The position numbers were made by a program, and so were the translations under genes. Source: an uncultured Gammaproteobacteria bacterium (lineage in GTDB: Bacteria > Patescibacteriota > Patescibacteriia > UBA9934 > CAZDDW01). Taken from it: a DNA stretch of 64,000 bases. Shown piece by piece: positions 36,303 to 46,204 of this stretch. Below the pieces are notes generated by a model. The model was not told where the DNA came from, did not search any database, and saw only the letters and a list, made by a program, of their open reading frames with translations. Positions within the stretch are counted from its first letter, which is position 1; every line of letters starts with the position of its first letter. The stretch is taken from positions 686,595-750,594 of the forward strand of contig OZ246408.1 in assembly GCA_965231015.1 (NCBI GenBank), in the 5' to 3' direction.

Positions 36303-37928
36303 TTATTTATTGGCTGCGGCTTCGATAAAAGCCTTGAATAATGGGTGTGGATTGAGCGGTCGGGACTTAAATTCTGGGTGGAACTGGCTGCCAACCATAA
36401 ACGGATGGTCTTTGACTTCAGCGATTTCGACCAGATCCTGGTCCGGGTTGATCCCAGCAAACACCAGGCCCTTTTCTGCCATCTGCTCTCGATATTTATT
36501 GTTGAATTCGTAACGGTGGCGGTGGCGCTCGGAAATATCTTTCTTGCCATATGCTTCAAAACTCTTAGTTCCCTCTTGCAGGGTGCAAGGATATGCTCCG
36601 AGTCGCATAGTGGCTCCGTAGTTGCTCTCGGCCATGTGCTTCTTTTGCTCTTCCATGATATGAATCACCGGGTGTGGCGTTTCAGGATTGAGTTCTTCTG
36701 AATTTGCTCCTTCAAGCCCACACATGTTTCGTGCAAACTCAATCGACAAAATCTGCATTCCAAGACACAAGCCAAGATACGGAATATTATTGATCCGAGC
36801 GTACTCGGCGGCTAAAATCATACCTTCGGTTCCGCGCGAACCAAATCCACCCGGCACTACGATTCCATCCACGTCGTCGAGTTCTTTCAACTTATTTGGA
36901 TCATTCTCATATTCTTCCGAATCTAACCAAACAATATTTGGCTTCCGATCATTAGCCCAACAAGCGTGGTTGATCGACTCAATGACTGAGATGTAAGTAT
37001 CCCGGCACGACTTCAAGTTAAAATACTTGCCTACGATTCCGATTGTTACCTCTTCGTTTAAACCTTTAAACTTCTTTACCAAATTCTCCCAATCCTTCAG
37101 TTCTGGTTTTCGAGACTTTAAACTCAAAGCCTCCAAAAGTTCCTCACCGAGATTCTGTTCTTCAAAAACCAGAGGAACCTCATAAATGAAATCTACATTT
37201 GGGGCTGAAACAATATGTTCAATTGGCAAACTACAGACATTGCTAACTGTTTGTTTAATATCATCGGTTACCGGCTCATCAGCCCGGCAAAAAACAAAAT
37301 CAGGAGATAAGCCGGCTGAGTTCAAAGTTCGGATTGCATATTGAGTAGGCTTTGATTTTTGCTCTCCAAGCAAACTTGGCGTTGGCAAAAAACTGACCAT
37401 CACAATCAGAACATCTTCTGGACTAGCAATCTTCATCATGCGTGCCGCTTCCAAAAACAAAAGCAACTGATACTCCCCAACCGTTCCACCAAATTCAGTC
37501 ACAACCACATCTGCTCCGGTTTTCTCCTGACACTCTTCAATGCGCCGAATAATCTCCTTGGGCACATCCGGCACCACCTCTACGTCTTCTCCGCCATATT
37601 CCAAATTACGTTCACGTCGAATCACTTCCTGATACACCTGCCCGGTTGTGATGTAATTGGTTCTAGTACACGTCTGTCCGGTAAAACGCTCATAATTTCC
37701 CAAATCCTGGTCTGCCTCCACCCCGTCTTCTCCCACAAACACTTCCCCGTGCTCGGCCGGTCGTATTGTACCGGCATCTACATTTACGTACATGTCACAT
37801 TTAATACTTGCAATATCATAACCACGTGCCTGAATCAACTTGGCAATCGAAGCTGAGGCCACACCTTTACCAACCGAGGACATTACACCCCCGACCACGA
37901 AAATATATTTAGGATTTGTTTTGCTCAT
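36303..37928 (-). CDS. pyrG: CTP synthase
   Basis: 541 aa. N-terminal synthase domain IFVVGGVMSSVGKGV, and a C-terminal GATase with GLCLGMQ. Confidence 0.9.
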   Translation of the reverse strand: MSKTNPKYIFVVGGVMSSVGKGVASASIAKLIQARGYDIASIKCDMYVNVDAGTIRPAEHGEVFVGEDGVEADQDLGNYERFTGQTCTRTNYITTGQVYQEVIRRERNLEYGGEDVEVVPDVPKEIIRRIEECQEKTGADVVVTEFGGTVGEYQLLLFLEAARMMKIASPEDVLIVMVSFLPTPSLLGEQKSKPTQYAIRTLNSAGLSPDFVFCRADEPVTDDIKQTVSNVCSLPIEHIVSAPNVDFIYEVPLVFEEQNLGEELLEALSLKSRKPELKDWENLVKKFKGLNEEVTIGIVGKYFNLKSCRDTYISVIESINHACWANDRKPNIVWLDSEEYENDPNKLKELDDVDGIVVPGGFGSRGTEGMILAAEYARINNIPYLGLCLGMQILSIEFARNMCGLEGANSEELNPETPHPVIHIMEEQKKHMAESNYGATMRLGAYPCTLQEGTKSFEAYGKKDISERHRHRYEFNNKYREQMAEKGLVFAGINPDQDLVEIAEVKDHPFMVGSQFHPEFKSRPLNPHPLFKAFIEAAANK

Positions 37929-37969
37929 AGTTAAATAATCTAAAAGCTGGAGACAATGCTCCAGCTGTT

Positions 37970-38419
37970 TTATTGGTTAGTTGATTCAACAGTGAGGCGA
38001 ATTGTGGCCTCGAAGCCGTGTGGCAGATTGACGAGCACCTCGCGCTCGCCGACTTCTTTGATTGGATCGGCCAACTCAACTGACTCAGCCGTGACATCAA
38101 ACTTGGCTTTCTTTAAAGCCTTGGCAATAATCTCTGCCGTAACTGCCGCGTAGAGTCCACCGTCTTCATTAGTCTTTTCTGCCATCTTTAGCTCATAGCC
38201 ATCCAATTTTTTAGCCGCTGCCGCTGCCGCTTTCATGGCCTTGTCATCCTTTTTGCTCTTTTGTTTCTTTTCTTGTTCCACTTTACGAATTGCCTCCTCG
38301 GTGGCCTGAACCGCTAAATTTTGTGGAAATAAAAAATTACGGGCATAACCCTCATTAACGTTGACCACTTCCCCCTTATACCCTTTTTTGGGCACATCTT
38401 TAAGAAGTACTACTTTCAT
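37970..38419 (-). CDS. rplI: 50S ribosomal protein L9
   Basis: MKVVLLKDVPKKGYKGEVVNVNEGYARNFLFPQNLAV. Confidence 0.9.
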   Translation of the reverse strand: MKVVLLKDVPKKGYKGEVVNVNEGYARNFLFPQNLAVQATEEAIRKVEQEKKQKSKKDDKAMKAAAAAAKKLDGYELKMAEKTNEDGGLYAAVTAEIIAKALKKAKFDVTAESVELADPIKEVGEREVLVNLPHGFEATIRLTVESTNQ

Positions 38420-38473
38420 ATTACTCAGCTTAATTCCGCGACCAGTATATCATATTTAGACAAAATGTCGAAC

Positions 38474-39235
38474 CTAGCGAATCAAGGGTGAAGCTGTAAA
38501 AATAAGGTCATTTTCCTCACTATCCATGGCTTGAAGATCCCTAAAAAGCAAAACAGCTCCAACCGCGGCGGCTGGTGGTACCAATAAATTAACCACCGGG
38601 ATAGTCAAACCTATAAATACAGCTGAACCAAATCCCAAAACGTACCATTTATGATGCAAACACCAGCGTAAACGATCATTGAAACGAACTCCGCGACGAT
38701 CAAAAACCAAATCCAAATATTCTAAGGCCAAAAATAACACTGCGGCCACAAAACCCACTACCGTATAAGTGACCATTCCAACCACAAAAGGAATAAACAG
38801 CATGATCAACAAAAAAACTTGGATCAGGGCAAACCAAGCCAATTTAGACAATGAATTTTTAAAAGAGAGAGCAATTTCTTTCCACCACGGTTGGTCAATT
38901 CTTGGAACCTCTTGATCGACTCCGCTACTTAAAGCCTCATAAAACGGCGCGGCCACGATTGATCCCACAGAAACAAACAACATGATCCCGAGAAACAAAA
39001 CCAAAACAGTAGCTGACCCAACTATCATGATGCTAATCAATGTGGCCCACCAAACTTCTGGCAGAGTCATGCCAAGCCAGTATGAGAGCAAGATCACCAC
39101 GACCAAAACCAAAAAAATCAACAACATCAGGTTAACCAAAGCCGGCACTACTAATAAATACCAACACTTACGGTGTTTAAATATATACTTGACACCGCGC
39201 CATAAATAGGCAAAACCCAGAAATACGTTACGCAT
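38474..39235 (-). CDS. Polytopic membrane protein, unknown function
   Basis: 253 aa with 6 or more TM helices and no recognised motif. Confidence 0.4.
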   Translation of the reverse strand: MRNVFLGFAYLWRGVKYIFKHRKCWYLLVVPALVNLMLLIFLVLVVVILLSYWLGMTLPEVWWATLISIMIVGSATVLVLFLGIMLFVSVGSIVAAPFYEALSSGVDQEVPRIDQPWWKEIALSFKNSLSKLAWFALIQVFLLIMLFIPFVVGMVTYTVVGFVAAVLFLALEYLDLVFDRRGVRFNDRLRWCLHHKWYVLGFGSAVFIGLTIPVVNLLVPPAAAVGAVLLFRDLQAMDSEENDLIFTASPLIR

Positions 39236-39842
39236 AATCAGGGTAACGTCGCTTAATAATCTTTAAAGCTTTTTTAATCATGGGCTTCATGTCATCATAG
39301 CTTGACTTCTCCAGGATTTTTTCAGACGGCACCCACATTCCTTTTTGAATATTCTCACCACGTTTTTTAGGTGGTGGAATTTTTATTCGAGCCGAAGGAG
39401 CAGCTTCAAACAAAAAATAATGAATGTATTTATGAATCAGGGCTCCTTTATGTTCGAAACGGTCACGGAACCAGATATCAATCTGGCCCAGCTTAGCCAC
39501 ATGTTCTAGCTCGCAAACCCCAATCTCTTCACAGGTTTCACGTTTTGCCGCCTCAATTAAACGTTCACCTTTTTCTACCCGTCCTTTGGTAAAAGTCTGC
39601 TTGCCATAAGCATCAATAATCATAGCGAAAAACACCCCTCGTTTATTTACCTTAAAAACAATACCGCCGGCAGAAACCTCTCGCCGACTTCGTTCCCTTG
39701 GTTTATTTTGTTTACCCTTAGCCCTCCCCTTCGGTTTGTTTACCGGTTTGATAGGCTTCAAAGTCTTGGAGGACTTCGATTGCTTTGGTAAATTGCGGGT
39801 CATGTCCGGCATAAAAATCCTCAATTGGATACTCAATTTCAA
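39228..39842 (-). CDS. NUDIX hydrolase with long basic N-terminal extension
   Basis: Nudix box GRVEKGERLIEAAKRETCEEIGV. A K/R-rich N-terminal ~60 aa overlaps the 3' end of the CtpA gene in another frame. The start is uncertain. Confidence 0.6.
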   Translation of the reverse strand: MKLSIQLRIFMPDMTRNLPKQSKSSKTLKPIKPVNKPKGRAKGKQNKPRERSRREVSAGGIVFKVNKRGVFFAMIIDAYGKQTFTKGRVEKGERLIEAAKRETCEEIGVCELEHVAKLGQIDIWFRDRFEHKGALIHKYIHYFLFEAAPSARIKIPPPKKRGENIQKGMWVPSEKILEKSSYDDMKPMIKKALKIIKRRYPDYA

Positions 39843-40977
39843 TATCTGGATTGATTCCTAATTCATTAATGGAACGGCCATTTGGGGTCAACCATTTGGC
39901 AACGGTTATTTTGACAGCTGAGCCATCTTTTAGTCCTTTAAAATCCTGGACAGAACCCTTACCGAAGGTGGTCATGCCAACAAGAATTGCAGCATCAAAA
40001 TCCTGCAGAGCACCGGCCACAATCTCTGATCCTGAAGCCGATCCTTCATTGATCAAGACCACTGTTGGCAATCCAGACAACCGAGCCAAGCCGTGTCCTG
40101 AAATAGTCTGACGTTCGTCTTTGATCTGTTCAATCACCACGGTCTGATTACCAAGCCAGGCACTTGAAACATCTATGGCCATACTTAACAATCCACCCGG
40201 ATTAGAACGAAGGTCAAGAATTACTCCGCTGACATCATGGGTCAAAATGTCTTGGATAGCCTCCTCAAAAAGCACGGCCGTGTCCTCATTAAAGAAATAC
40301 ATATTGACCACCGCAATCCCATCGTCCCGGAGCTCCCACTCAACACTGTCAATATTTATTTCATCGCGTACGATCACAATATCCTCAAGCTCTTCCAGCC
40401 CGTCACGGCTAATACTCAAAGTCACAGATGTCCCCTTTGGCCCACGAATACGCGAGACCGCTTCCTCTAAGGTCATGTCAGTGGTCTCTTCCCCATCAAT
40501 CAAATATATTTTGTCCCCGGGCTTGGCTCCCGCCTGTTCGGCAGGGGTACCAGGAAGTGGTGCTACTATTTGCAGTTGATCGTCCTTGATAGCAATTTCC
40601 GCTCCAATACCTTCAAAACTACCGGACAATTCTTCAGCAAACTCAGCCGCCTCTTCCGGATCAAAAAAGGTTGAATACGGATCATCTAGTCCTTCTAACA
40701 ATCCATCCATGGCCCCGTAAAAAAGCGAGGTTTCAGAAACCGGTTGTTCATAATACTGATCCTTGATCAAATCCCATACATCCCAAAACAGATTGAAATC
40801 AATATTTTTGCTCAAGTGAGCGGGGATCTCGCCCTGACCGGTCACCCGACCCTCACCCTCCGGAACGACTGAACGTAGCCCTTGTTGACGGCCAAAAATA
40901 AAACCAAAGTTAAAAGCCACCAGGACAAATACCACGAAAGTTAAAATTACCACTGATCTTGGAAATCGCTTGATCAT
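39718..40977 (-). CDS. ctpA: Carboxyl-terminal processing protease (S41, CtpA-like)
   Basis: N-terminal TM, a PDZ domain, and an S41 core (VILDLRSNPGG, TFGKGSVQ). Confidence 0.8.
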   Translation of the reverse strand: MIKRFPRSVVILTFVVFVLVAFNFGFIFGRQQGLRSVVPEGEGRVTGQGEIPAHLSKNIDFNLFWDVWDLIKDQYYEQPVSETSLFYGAMDGLLEGLDDPYSTFFDPEEAAEFAEELSGSFEGIGAEIAIKDDQLQIVAPLPGTPAEQAGAKPGDKIYLIDGEETTDMTLEEAVSRIRGPKGTSVTLSISRDGLEELEDIVIVRDEINIDSVEWELRDDGIAVVNMYFFNEDTAVLFEEAIQDILTHDVSGVILDLRSNPGGLLSMAIDVSSAWLGNQTVVIEQIKDERQTISGHGLARLSGLPTVVLINEGSASGSEIVAGALQDFDAAILVGMTTFGKGSVQDFKGLKDGSAVKITVAKWLTPNGRSINELGINPDIEIEYPIEDFYAGHDPQFTKAIEVLQDFEAYQTGKQTEGEG

Positions 40978-41145
40978 ACTATTGCTCTATTCTACCTTAT
41001 CTCGACATATTTCGCCAACCGTGACTAATTAGCTAAACTTTGCTAAACTAACCGCGTATGTCCTGTCGAAGCAACTGTGACTTTTCTTCAAGACAATGTC
41101 TTCCATGGGACAGTTCTCACTTAGTAAATTTGACTTTGACGGAAT

Positions 41146-42495
41146 ATGTTGAATTTTCGCATTCGGATCGGGATTGTGGTCATCTTTATTCTGGCCTTCT
41201 TGATCACTGCCCCACTTTTGGTGCTCTACACCGCTGGTTATCGCTACAATTTTACTACCAATTCCTTTGTTCAAACCGGTCTTTTCTATGTGACTACTAT
41301 TCCTAAGGGAGCAGAAATAATTATCAATGATGAATTACGTGACTATTCACCAGCCTTTATTAAAAATCTGGTGCCTGGCGAATACAAACTCACACTTGAC
41401 CGGCCCGGATACCATTCCTGGACAAAAACCTTACCGATCATAAGTCAGGAAACAACCTTTATCGAGGATGTTGTACTTTTTACTGATGAAGACCCAGTAA
41501 ATTTGGTGAGCGAAAAAATCGTCAGTGCGGCACAAAATCCTTCCTACTCAACCTTTGCGTATGTGATGAACCAAAGCTCCTGGTATGAAATCTGGAATTA
41601 CTCCATTGCTGATGATGAACAATCCTTGCTTTACCGCATTGCCGCAGATGATGATGTTGTTCTTGATCTTAGTTGGTCAGCCAGTGGTGAACACCTGCTA
41701 ATTGAACAAACCCGGGACAACGAAGCGTCATACACTTTAATTGACCGTTCTGGTGAAAACCGTTTTGATCTGGCTGAAAAAATCGGAAAACCAATCACCA
41801 AAGCCTGGTGGCACCAAACCGATAATTACGCCATTATGTTTACCACTGATGAAACAACAGAGGTCTACCGGATTCCGAGCAGTAGCACAACCAAGCTCTA
41901 TGATAAACCTGTTTTGGCTACACTGATTGAGGGTCATCCAATTTTGACCGAGGTGGTTGAGGACCAGTTGTCGATATTCAGTTTCACAAATGACCAAGGA
42001 GACATCATTGCCTACGTTCCACTTGGCCAATACGAAATTATTGCCTCCCCTGAGCCATATTTATTACTACAAGAAACCACACAAGACAAAATTGTCTTAA
42101 TCGACACCAGTACCCGAAATCAGCCGATTATTTTAAATGTGGACGGAAGAGGTGTTGAATGGGCTCCGGATGGAAGCAATCGGATGCTCTACTGGAGTGC
42201 ATTGGAAGTTCATGTTTACAACCCGGCAACACACACTGATGAGCTGATTACCCGAGTTGGCGAACCTGTCACTTACACAGCCTGGCACCCGCTTTCTAAC
42301 GCAATCCTATTTGTCCAAGACACCAAACTTAGTGCAATCGAACTTGATTGGCGAGATCAACGCAACGAAATTCTATTAGCAGAGGGGTCAAACTTCAATA
42401 ACCTCTTTGTAACCAAAAACGGCCGCCGGGTTTACTTTGCCGGGACCGTTGGACCTGATTCAGGAATTTTTGAACTGCAAATTTTGGAGCGATAG
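41146..42495 (+). CDS. PEGA-domain membrane protein with C-terminal beta-propeller-like region
   Basis: N-terminal TM, then a PEGA-like fold (TTIPKGAEIIINDELRDYSPAFIKNLVPGEYKLTLDRPGYHSW). WD/TolB-like segments follow (WAPDGSNRMLYWS). Confidence 0.6.
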   Translation: MLNFRIRIGIVVIFILAFLITAPLLVLYTAGYRYNFTTNSFVQTGLFYVTTIPKGAEIIINDELRDYSPAFIKNLVPGEYKLTLDRPGYHSWTKTLPIISQETTFIEDVVLFTDEDPVNLVSEKIVSAAQNPSYSTFAYVMNQSSWYEIWNYSIADDEQSLLYRIAADDDVVLDLSWSASGEHLLIEQTRDNEASYTLIDRSGENRFDLAEKIGKPITKAWWHQTDNYAIMFTTDETTEVYRIPSSSTTKLYDKPVLATLIEGHPILTEVVEDQLSIFSFTNDQGDIIAYVPLGQYEIIASPEPYLLLQETTQDKIVLIDTSTRNQPIILNVDGRGVEWAPDGSNRMLYWSALEVHVYNPATHTDELITRVGEPVTYTAWHPLSNAILFVQDTKLSAIELDWRDQRNEILLAEGSNFNNLFVTKNGRRVYFAGTVGPDSGIFELQILER

Positions 42496-42519
42496 ATTGC
42501 CTGCCGGTACCCCACCTAA

Positions 42520-42547
42520 CCTCCCCTTAGAGGGGAGGGATTTTTGT
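42520..42547 (+). terminator. Intrinsic terminator after the PEGA gene
   Basis: cctcccct-tag-aggggagg followed by GATTTTTGTT. Confidence 0.8.
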
Positions 42548-42722
42548 TCCGCCACTTCGAGCACGACGGAGGTCAATGGACATTTTTGACCGACCCCGTC
42601 AGACGGGGTGACGAGAACTGTTTGAAGCTGAGTGTCTACCTTAAGAACAGACGGCGCGAGGCAAGTTTCGTAGTCAAGGTCATAAAATATTCATTATCTA
42701 CCTCCGGTGATCACAGAAAGAC
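42544..42722. repeat. Conserved ~170-nt noncoding element, copy B
   Basis: About 70% identical to copy A. It lies between the PEGA-gene terminator (42520-42547) and the murA terminator (42795-42835). Confidence 0.6.
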
Positions 42723-42794
42723 GGCCGGTTTCTTTTTTCTGGTTTTCTTTGCCGGCTCAAAGAAAACTGGGTTGAATCAAAAAGCACCGTAACA

Positions 42795-42835
42795 GAAAAC
42801 CGCCCCGCCAACGTATAAAACGTGGCGGGGTCCCG
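42795..42835 (-). terminator. Intrinsic terminator of murA
   Basis: On the minus strand: ccccgccacg-ttttata-cgttggcgggg followed by a T-run. Confidence 0.7.
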
Positions 42836-42875
42836 CCAGAGGCGGGAAACGGTGCCAATATTATATTTCTGAGCG

Positions 42876-44135
42876 TTAATCAGCTCGTTCGATATCGACG
42901 CCAACAGATTGCAACCGTTCGACCAAATTCGAATATCCTCGCTCGATCTGATAAATATTCTCAATCTCGGTTGTACCACGCGCGATCATGGCCGCAATAA
43001 CCATGGCAATGCCAGCCCGGATATCCGGGCTGATTAATTTTCGCCCATACAACTTACTTGGACCGTTCACTACTACCCGATGCGGATCACACATAATAAT
43101 ATTGGCTCCCATTTGAACCAACATATCAGTGAATAACAACCGACGTTCATAAATTGTTTCATGAACCACACAAGAACCATTAGCCCGAGTCATCAACACG
43201 GTGTAAGGCGATTGCAAATCAGTTGGGAAGCCAGGATACTCGTGAGTTCGTATTCCATAGGCCTTTATATCACCTGATGACTTTATATCAAGCCAATCTT
43301 CTCCGGTCTTCCATTCCACTCCGATTTTATTAAAGATGGTCAACAAAGATTCGATATGTGATGGATCGCAATTGGTAATTTTAAGAGCCGAACGAGTAGC
43401 CGCGGCCATGATTGCAAAAGTACCGGTTTCAATTCGGTCAGGCACGACATTAAATGTTCCAGCTTTCAATTTTTTCACCCCTTCGATAGTGATCGTCGGG
43501 GTTCCAGCTCCAGAAATCTTGGCTCCTTGTTCATTTAAATAATCTGCTAAGGCCTTGATTTCCGGCTCCATGGCACAATTCTTCAACACCGTGGTACCTT
43601 CTGCTAGCGTAGCTGTCATCATTAAACTTTCCGTTCCGGTCACACTGACAAGACTAAAGAAATACTCCGCACCTTTTAGTTTCTTGGCAGAAATTTCATA
43701 TGCCCCTTTGCCAATTTCAACCTTAGCTCCAAGTGCCTCAAAACCTTCCAAGAACAAATCGATTGGCCTGGTTCCAGCCCCAATCACACAACCGCCAGGA
43801 TGCGGAAAACGGACCTTGCCAAGCCGAGCCAAAAGCGGCCCCACAAACATGAGCGAAGTTCGAATCTTGTTGGCAAACTCTGGGTCTAGTTCATTTTTTT
43901 TCAAACCGTTATTATCAATTTCACAAGTTCCATTTTCACACTTCACCTCGAGCCCCAAGTCTTCGGCCAGCTCTAACATACGACGTACATCTTCAATGTC
44001 AGGCAAATTATTGATCGTCAGCTTCCCTTCACCAAGCAGGGCGGCCGGAATAATTTTTAAAGCCGAGTTCTTGGCTCCTTGAACTGCAATCTCACCTTTT
44101 AAATGACTCTTTCCTTTAATAACGTATTTGGACAT
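42876..44135 (-). CDS. murA: UDP-N-acetylglucosamine 1-carboxyvinyltransferase MurA
   Basis: 419 aa. MSKYVIKGKSHLKGEIAVQGAKNSALKIIPAALL, and an active-site Cys in RFPHPGGCVIGAGTRPID. Confidence 0.9.
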   Translation of the reverse strand: MSKYVIKGKSHLKGEIAVQGAKNSALKIIPAALLGEGKLTINNLPDIEDVRRMLELAEDLGLEVKCENGTCEIDNNGLKKNELDPEFANKIRTSLMFVGPLLARLGKVRFPHPGGCVIGAGTRPIDLFLEGFEALGAKVEIGKGAYEISAKKLKGAEYFFSLVSVTGTESLMMTATLAEGTTVLKNCAMEPEIKALADYLNEQGAKISGAGTPTITIEGVKKLKAGTFNVVPDRIETGTFAIMAAATRSALKITNCDPSHIESLLTIFNKIGVEWKTGEDWLDIKSSGDIKAYGIRTHEYPGFPTDLQSPYTVLMTRANGSCVVHETIYERRLLFTDMLVQMGANIIMCDPHRVVVNGPSKLYGRKLISPDIRAGIAMVIAAMIARGTTEIENIYQIERGYSNLVERLQSVGVDIERAD

Positions 44136-44138
44136 AAA

Positions 44139-44861
44139 CTAATTTTTATTCTCCTTTTCCGCAATAAAATTACCGGCTGCAAGCAATGAATCAAACGTGC
44201 CAGCGTCAAACCACTTACCCTTCACTTGACGAACATCAAGTTCCCCCAGTTCCAGATACACGTTGTGCAAAGATGTGATCTCGATCTCACCGCGTTCTGA
44301 TGGTTCAACATTTTTAGCAAACTCAATAACTCGATTATCAAAGATATAGAGTCCCGGAATCGCATAGTTACTTTTTGGTTCTTTTGGTTTTTCCACGATC
44401 GATAGCACCTTGTTGTTTTCATCAAATTCAACCACCCCAAAACGTTCCGGGTCAGGAACTTCAATGGCAAAAATTCGCCCACCTTTTTCGAACGACTTAA
44501 TATCTTCTGTAAAGTCGTGCTCAAAGATATTGTCACCAAGAATCATGGCTACATCGTCGTCACCAATAAAGTTCTCGCCAACAATGAAGGCGTCTGCTAA
44601 ACCGCGTGGTGAGTCTTGGATTTCGTACGTTAATTTAACCTCTTCTCCAACTTCTTTACCACTGCCAAGTAAATTTAAAAATTGTCCAGCATAATCTGGA
44701 GCAATTATAATCAAAATCTCTTTGATCCCAGCATTAAGCAAAGTATAAAGTGGATAATAAATCATCGGCTTGTTATAAACAGGAAGAAGTTGTTTGGAGG
44801 TCATTTTGGTTAAGGGGCGCAATCGTGTGGCGTGTCCTCCGGCTAAAATAATGCCTTTCAT
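44139..44861 (-). CDS. rfbA: Glucose-1-phosphate thymidylyltransferase
   Basis: MKGIILAGGHATRLRPLT... is the nucleotidyltransferase signature. Confidence 0.85.
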   Translation of the reverse strand: MKGIILAGGHATRLRPLTKMTSKQLLPVYNKPMIYYPLYTLLNAGIKEILIIIAPDYAGQFLNLLGSGKEVGEEVKLTYEIQDSPRGLADAFIVGENFIGDDDVAMILGDNIFEHDFTEDIKSFEKGGRIFAIEVPDPERFGVVEFDENNKVLSIVEKPKEPKSNYAIPGLYIFDNRVIEFAKNVEPSERGEIEITSLHNVYLELGELDVRQVKGKWFDAGTFDSLLAAGNFIAEKENKN

Positions 44862-44872
44862 AAACTAATCTC

Positions 44873-45331
44873 TTACTTGTTTTCTTTCTCAAGAATCTTT
44901 TGAATTTCTTTTAGTGCGTTACGACCACCCTGACGCCATTCATCTAACTGATACTCCAACTGACGATGCTGAACCGCCAATTCATTTGCTTCATCTCCCA
45001 AGTCATCGCCTTCTGTTTCCAAAAATTCAGCAGCTCCAAGTTTTTTACTTAACCAATCCAACAATTCTCTGGCCTCCTTGATTATATCTTTTTCCTCTCC
45101 TTCAAGTTGACCTAGCCGTAACAATTCTCTACCACGCTGTACAAAACCCTGCAGGCCAGGCAAGGAATCAGTTGCTTCTTTGATATCCTCCAGGTACTTT
45201 TTTAGTTCTTCTAAATGCAAGTTGTCTAAAACATTTTCTTGTTCTATAAGTTTGGTGACCCCGTCTTTTAAATCACTTAGCTCGGCCTTTAATCCCTCTT
45301 TTTGTAATTCAGGTGATTCGTGTCTAGTCAT
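44873..45331 (-). CDS. Acidic coiled-coil hypothetical protein
   Basis: 152 aa, E/K/L-rich, no motif. Confidence 0.4.
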   Translation of the reverse strand: MTRHESPELQKEGLKAELSDLKDGVTKLIEQENVLDNLHLEELKKYLEDIKEATDSLPGLQGFVQRGRELLRLGQLEGEEKDIIKEARELLDWLSKKLGAAEFLETEGDDLGDEANELAVQHRQLEYQLDEWRQGGRNALKEIQKILEKENK

Positions 45332-45341
45332 AAATATAAAA

Positions 45342-46202
45342 TTAATTCTTGCTCTTATCTTGCCTTAATTTCATGTATTCGGCAAGCGCGTCCTGCCAAC
45401 TTCTTGCTGGCGGTAGTTTGGTGTTTTTCAACCAACTGCAAGATGGTCGAGCCGCCGGACGTGGGTAGAAACTTGTTGGAACAGGATTCAATTTAATGTC
45501 ATCTTGACCAGCCAGCTGAAAAATTTCTTTAGCAAATCCAAACCAAGTACAAGCTCCTTCGTTGGTACCGTGATAGATTCCCGGCTCATACCCTTCGACA
45601 ACTTCTCGAGTTCGTTTTGCTAGATCCGGAGCGTACGTCGGACTTGCCGTTTCTTCATCCACAAGATCAAGCTCGTTTTTATCTTCTGCAAGCCTCAAAA
45701 TCAAATCAACAAAACTTTCTTTTACTCCCTCGCCGGTTCCCATTTCACCAAAGATTCGAGACGGTCGAATGACATAGACCCGAGCGCCACTTGCAAGAAC
45801 TCGCACTTCGCCCTCGGCCTTGCTCTTAGCGTACTCTGAAATCGGATTCGGTTCGTCGGTTTCAATGTACCCATCTGACTTCGCCCCATCAAAAACATAA
45901 TCGCTCGTGTACTGTACGAACGGCACGTCAAGTTCCTTAGCAACTTCTGCAATATATCCTGGGGCTTCTCGATTTAAAAGATATGCGAGTTCGCGCCCTT
46001 CATCTTCAGCTCCGTCAACATTATTATAGGCCGCGCAGTTGATAATGAGATCAGGTCTCGCTTCGAGGATTTTTGAGCGAATCTGATCGGCGTTCGTAAT
46101 GTCACACTCTTCCCGGTCCCAAGCCAAAACCTCATGGTCTGAATACACTTTCACAAGTTCTGTTCCAAGCATTCCTTTGGCACCAAGGATTAGAACTTTC
46201 AT
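45342..46202 (-). CDS. rfbD: dTDP-4-dehydrorhamnose reductase
   Basis: MKVLILGAKGMLGTELV Rossmann fold of the RmlD family. Confidence 0.8.
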   Translation of the reverse strand: MKVLILGAKGMLGTELVKVYSDHEVLAWDREECDITNADQIRSKILEARPDLIINCAAYNNVDGAEDEGRELAYLLNREAPGYIAEVAKELDVPFVQYTSDYVFDGAKSDGYIETDEPNPISEYAKSKAEGEVRVLASGARVYVIRPSRIFGEMGTGEGVKESFVDLILRLAEDKNELDLVDEETASPTYAPDLAKRTREVVEGYEPGIYHGTNEGACTWFGFAKEIFQLAGQDDIKLNPVPTSFYPRPAARPSCSWLKNTKLPPARSWQDALAEYMKLRQDKSKN

Positions 46203-46204
46203 AA

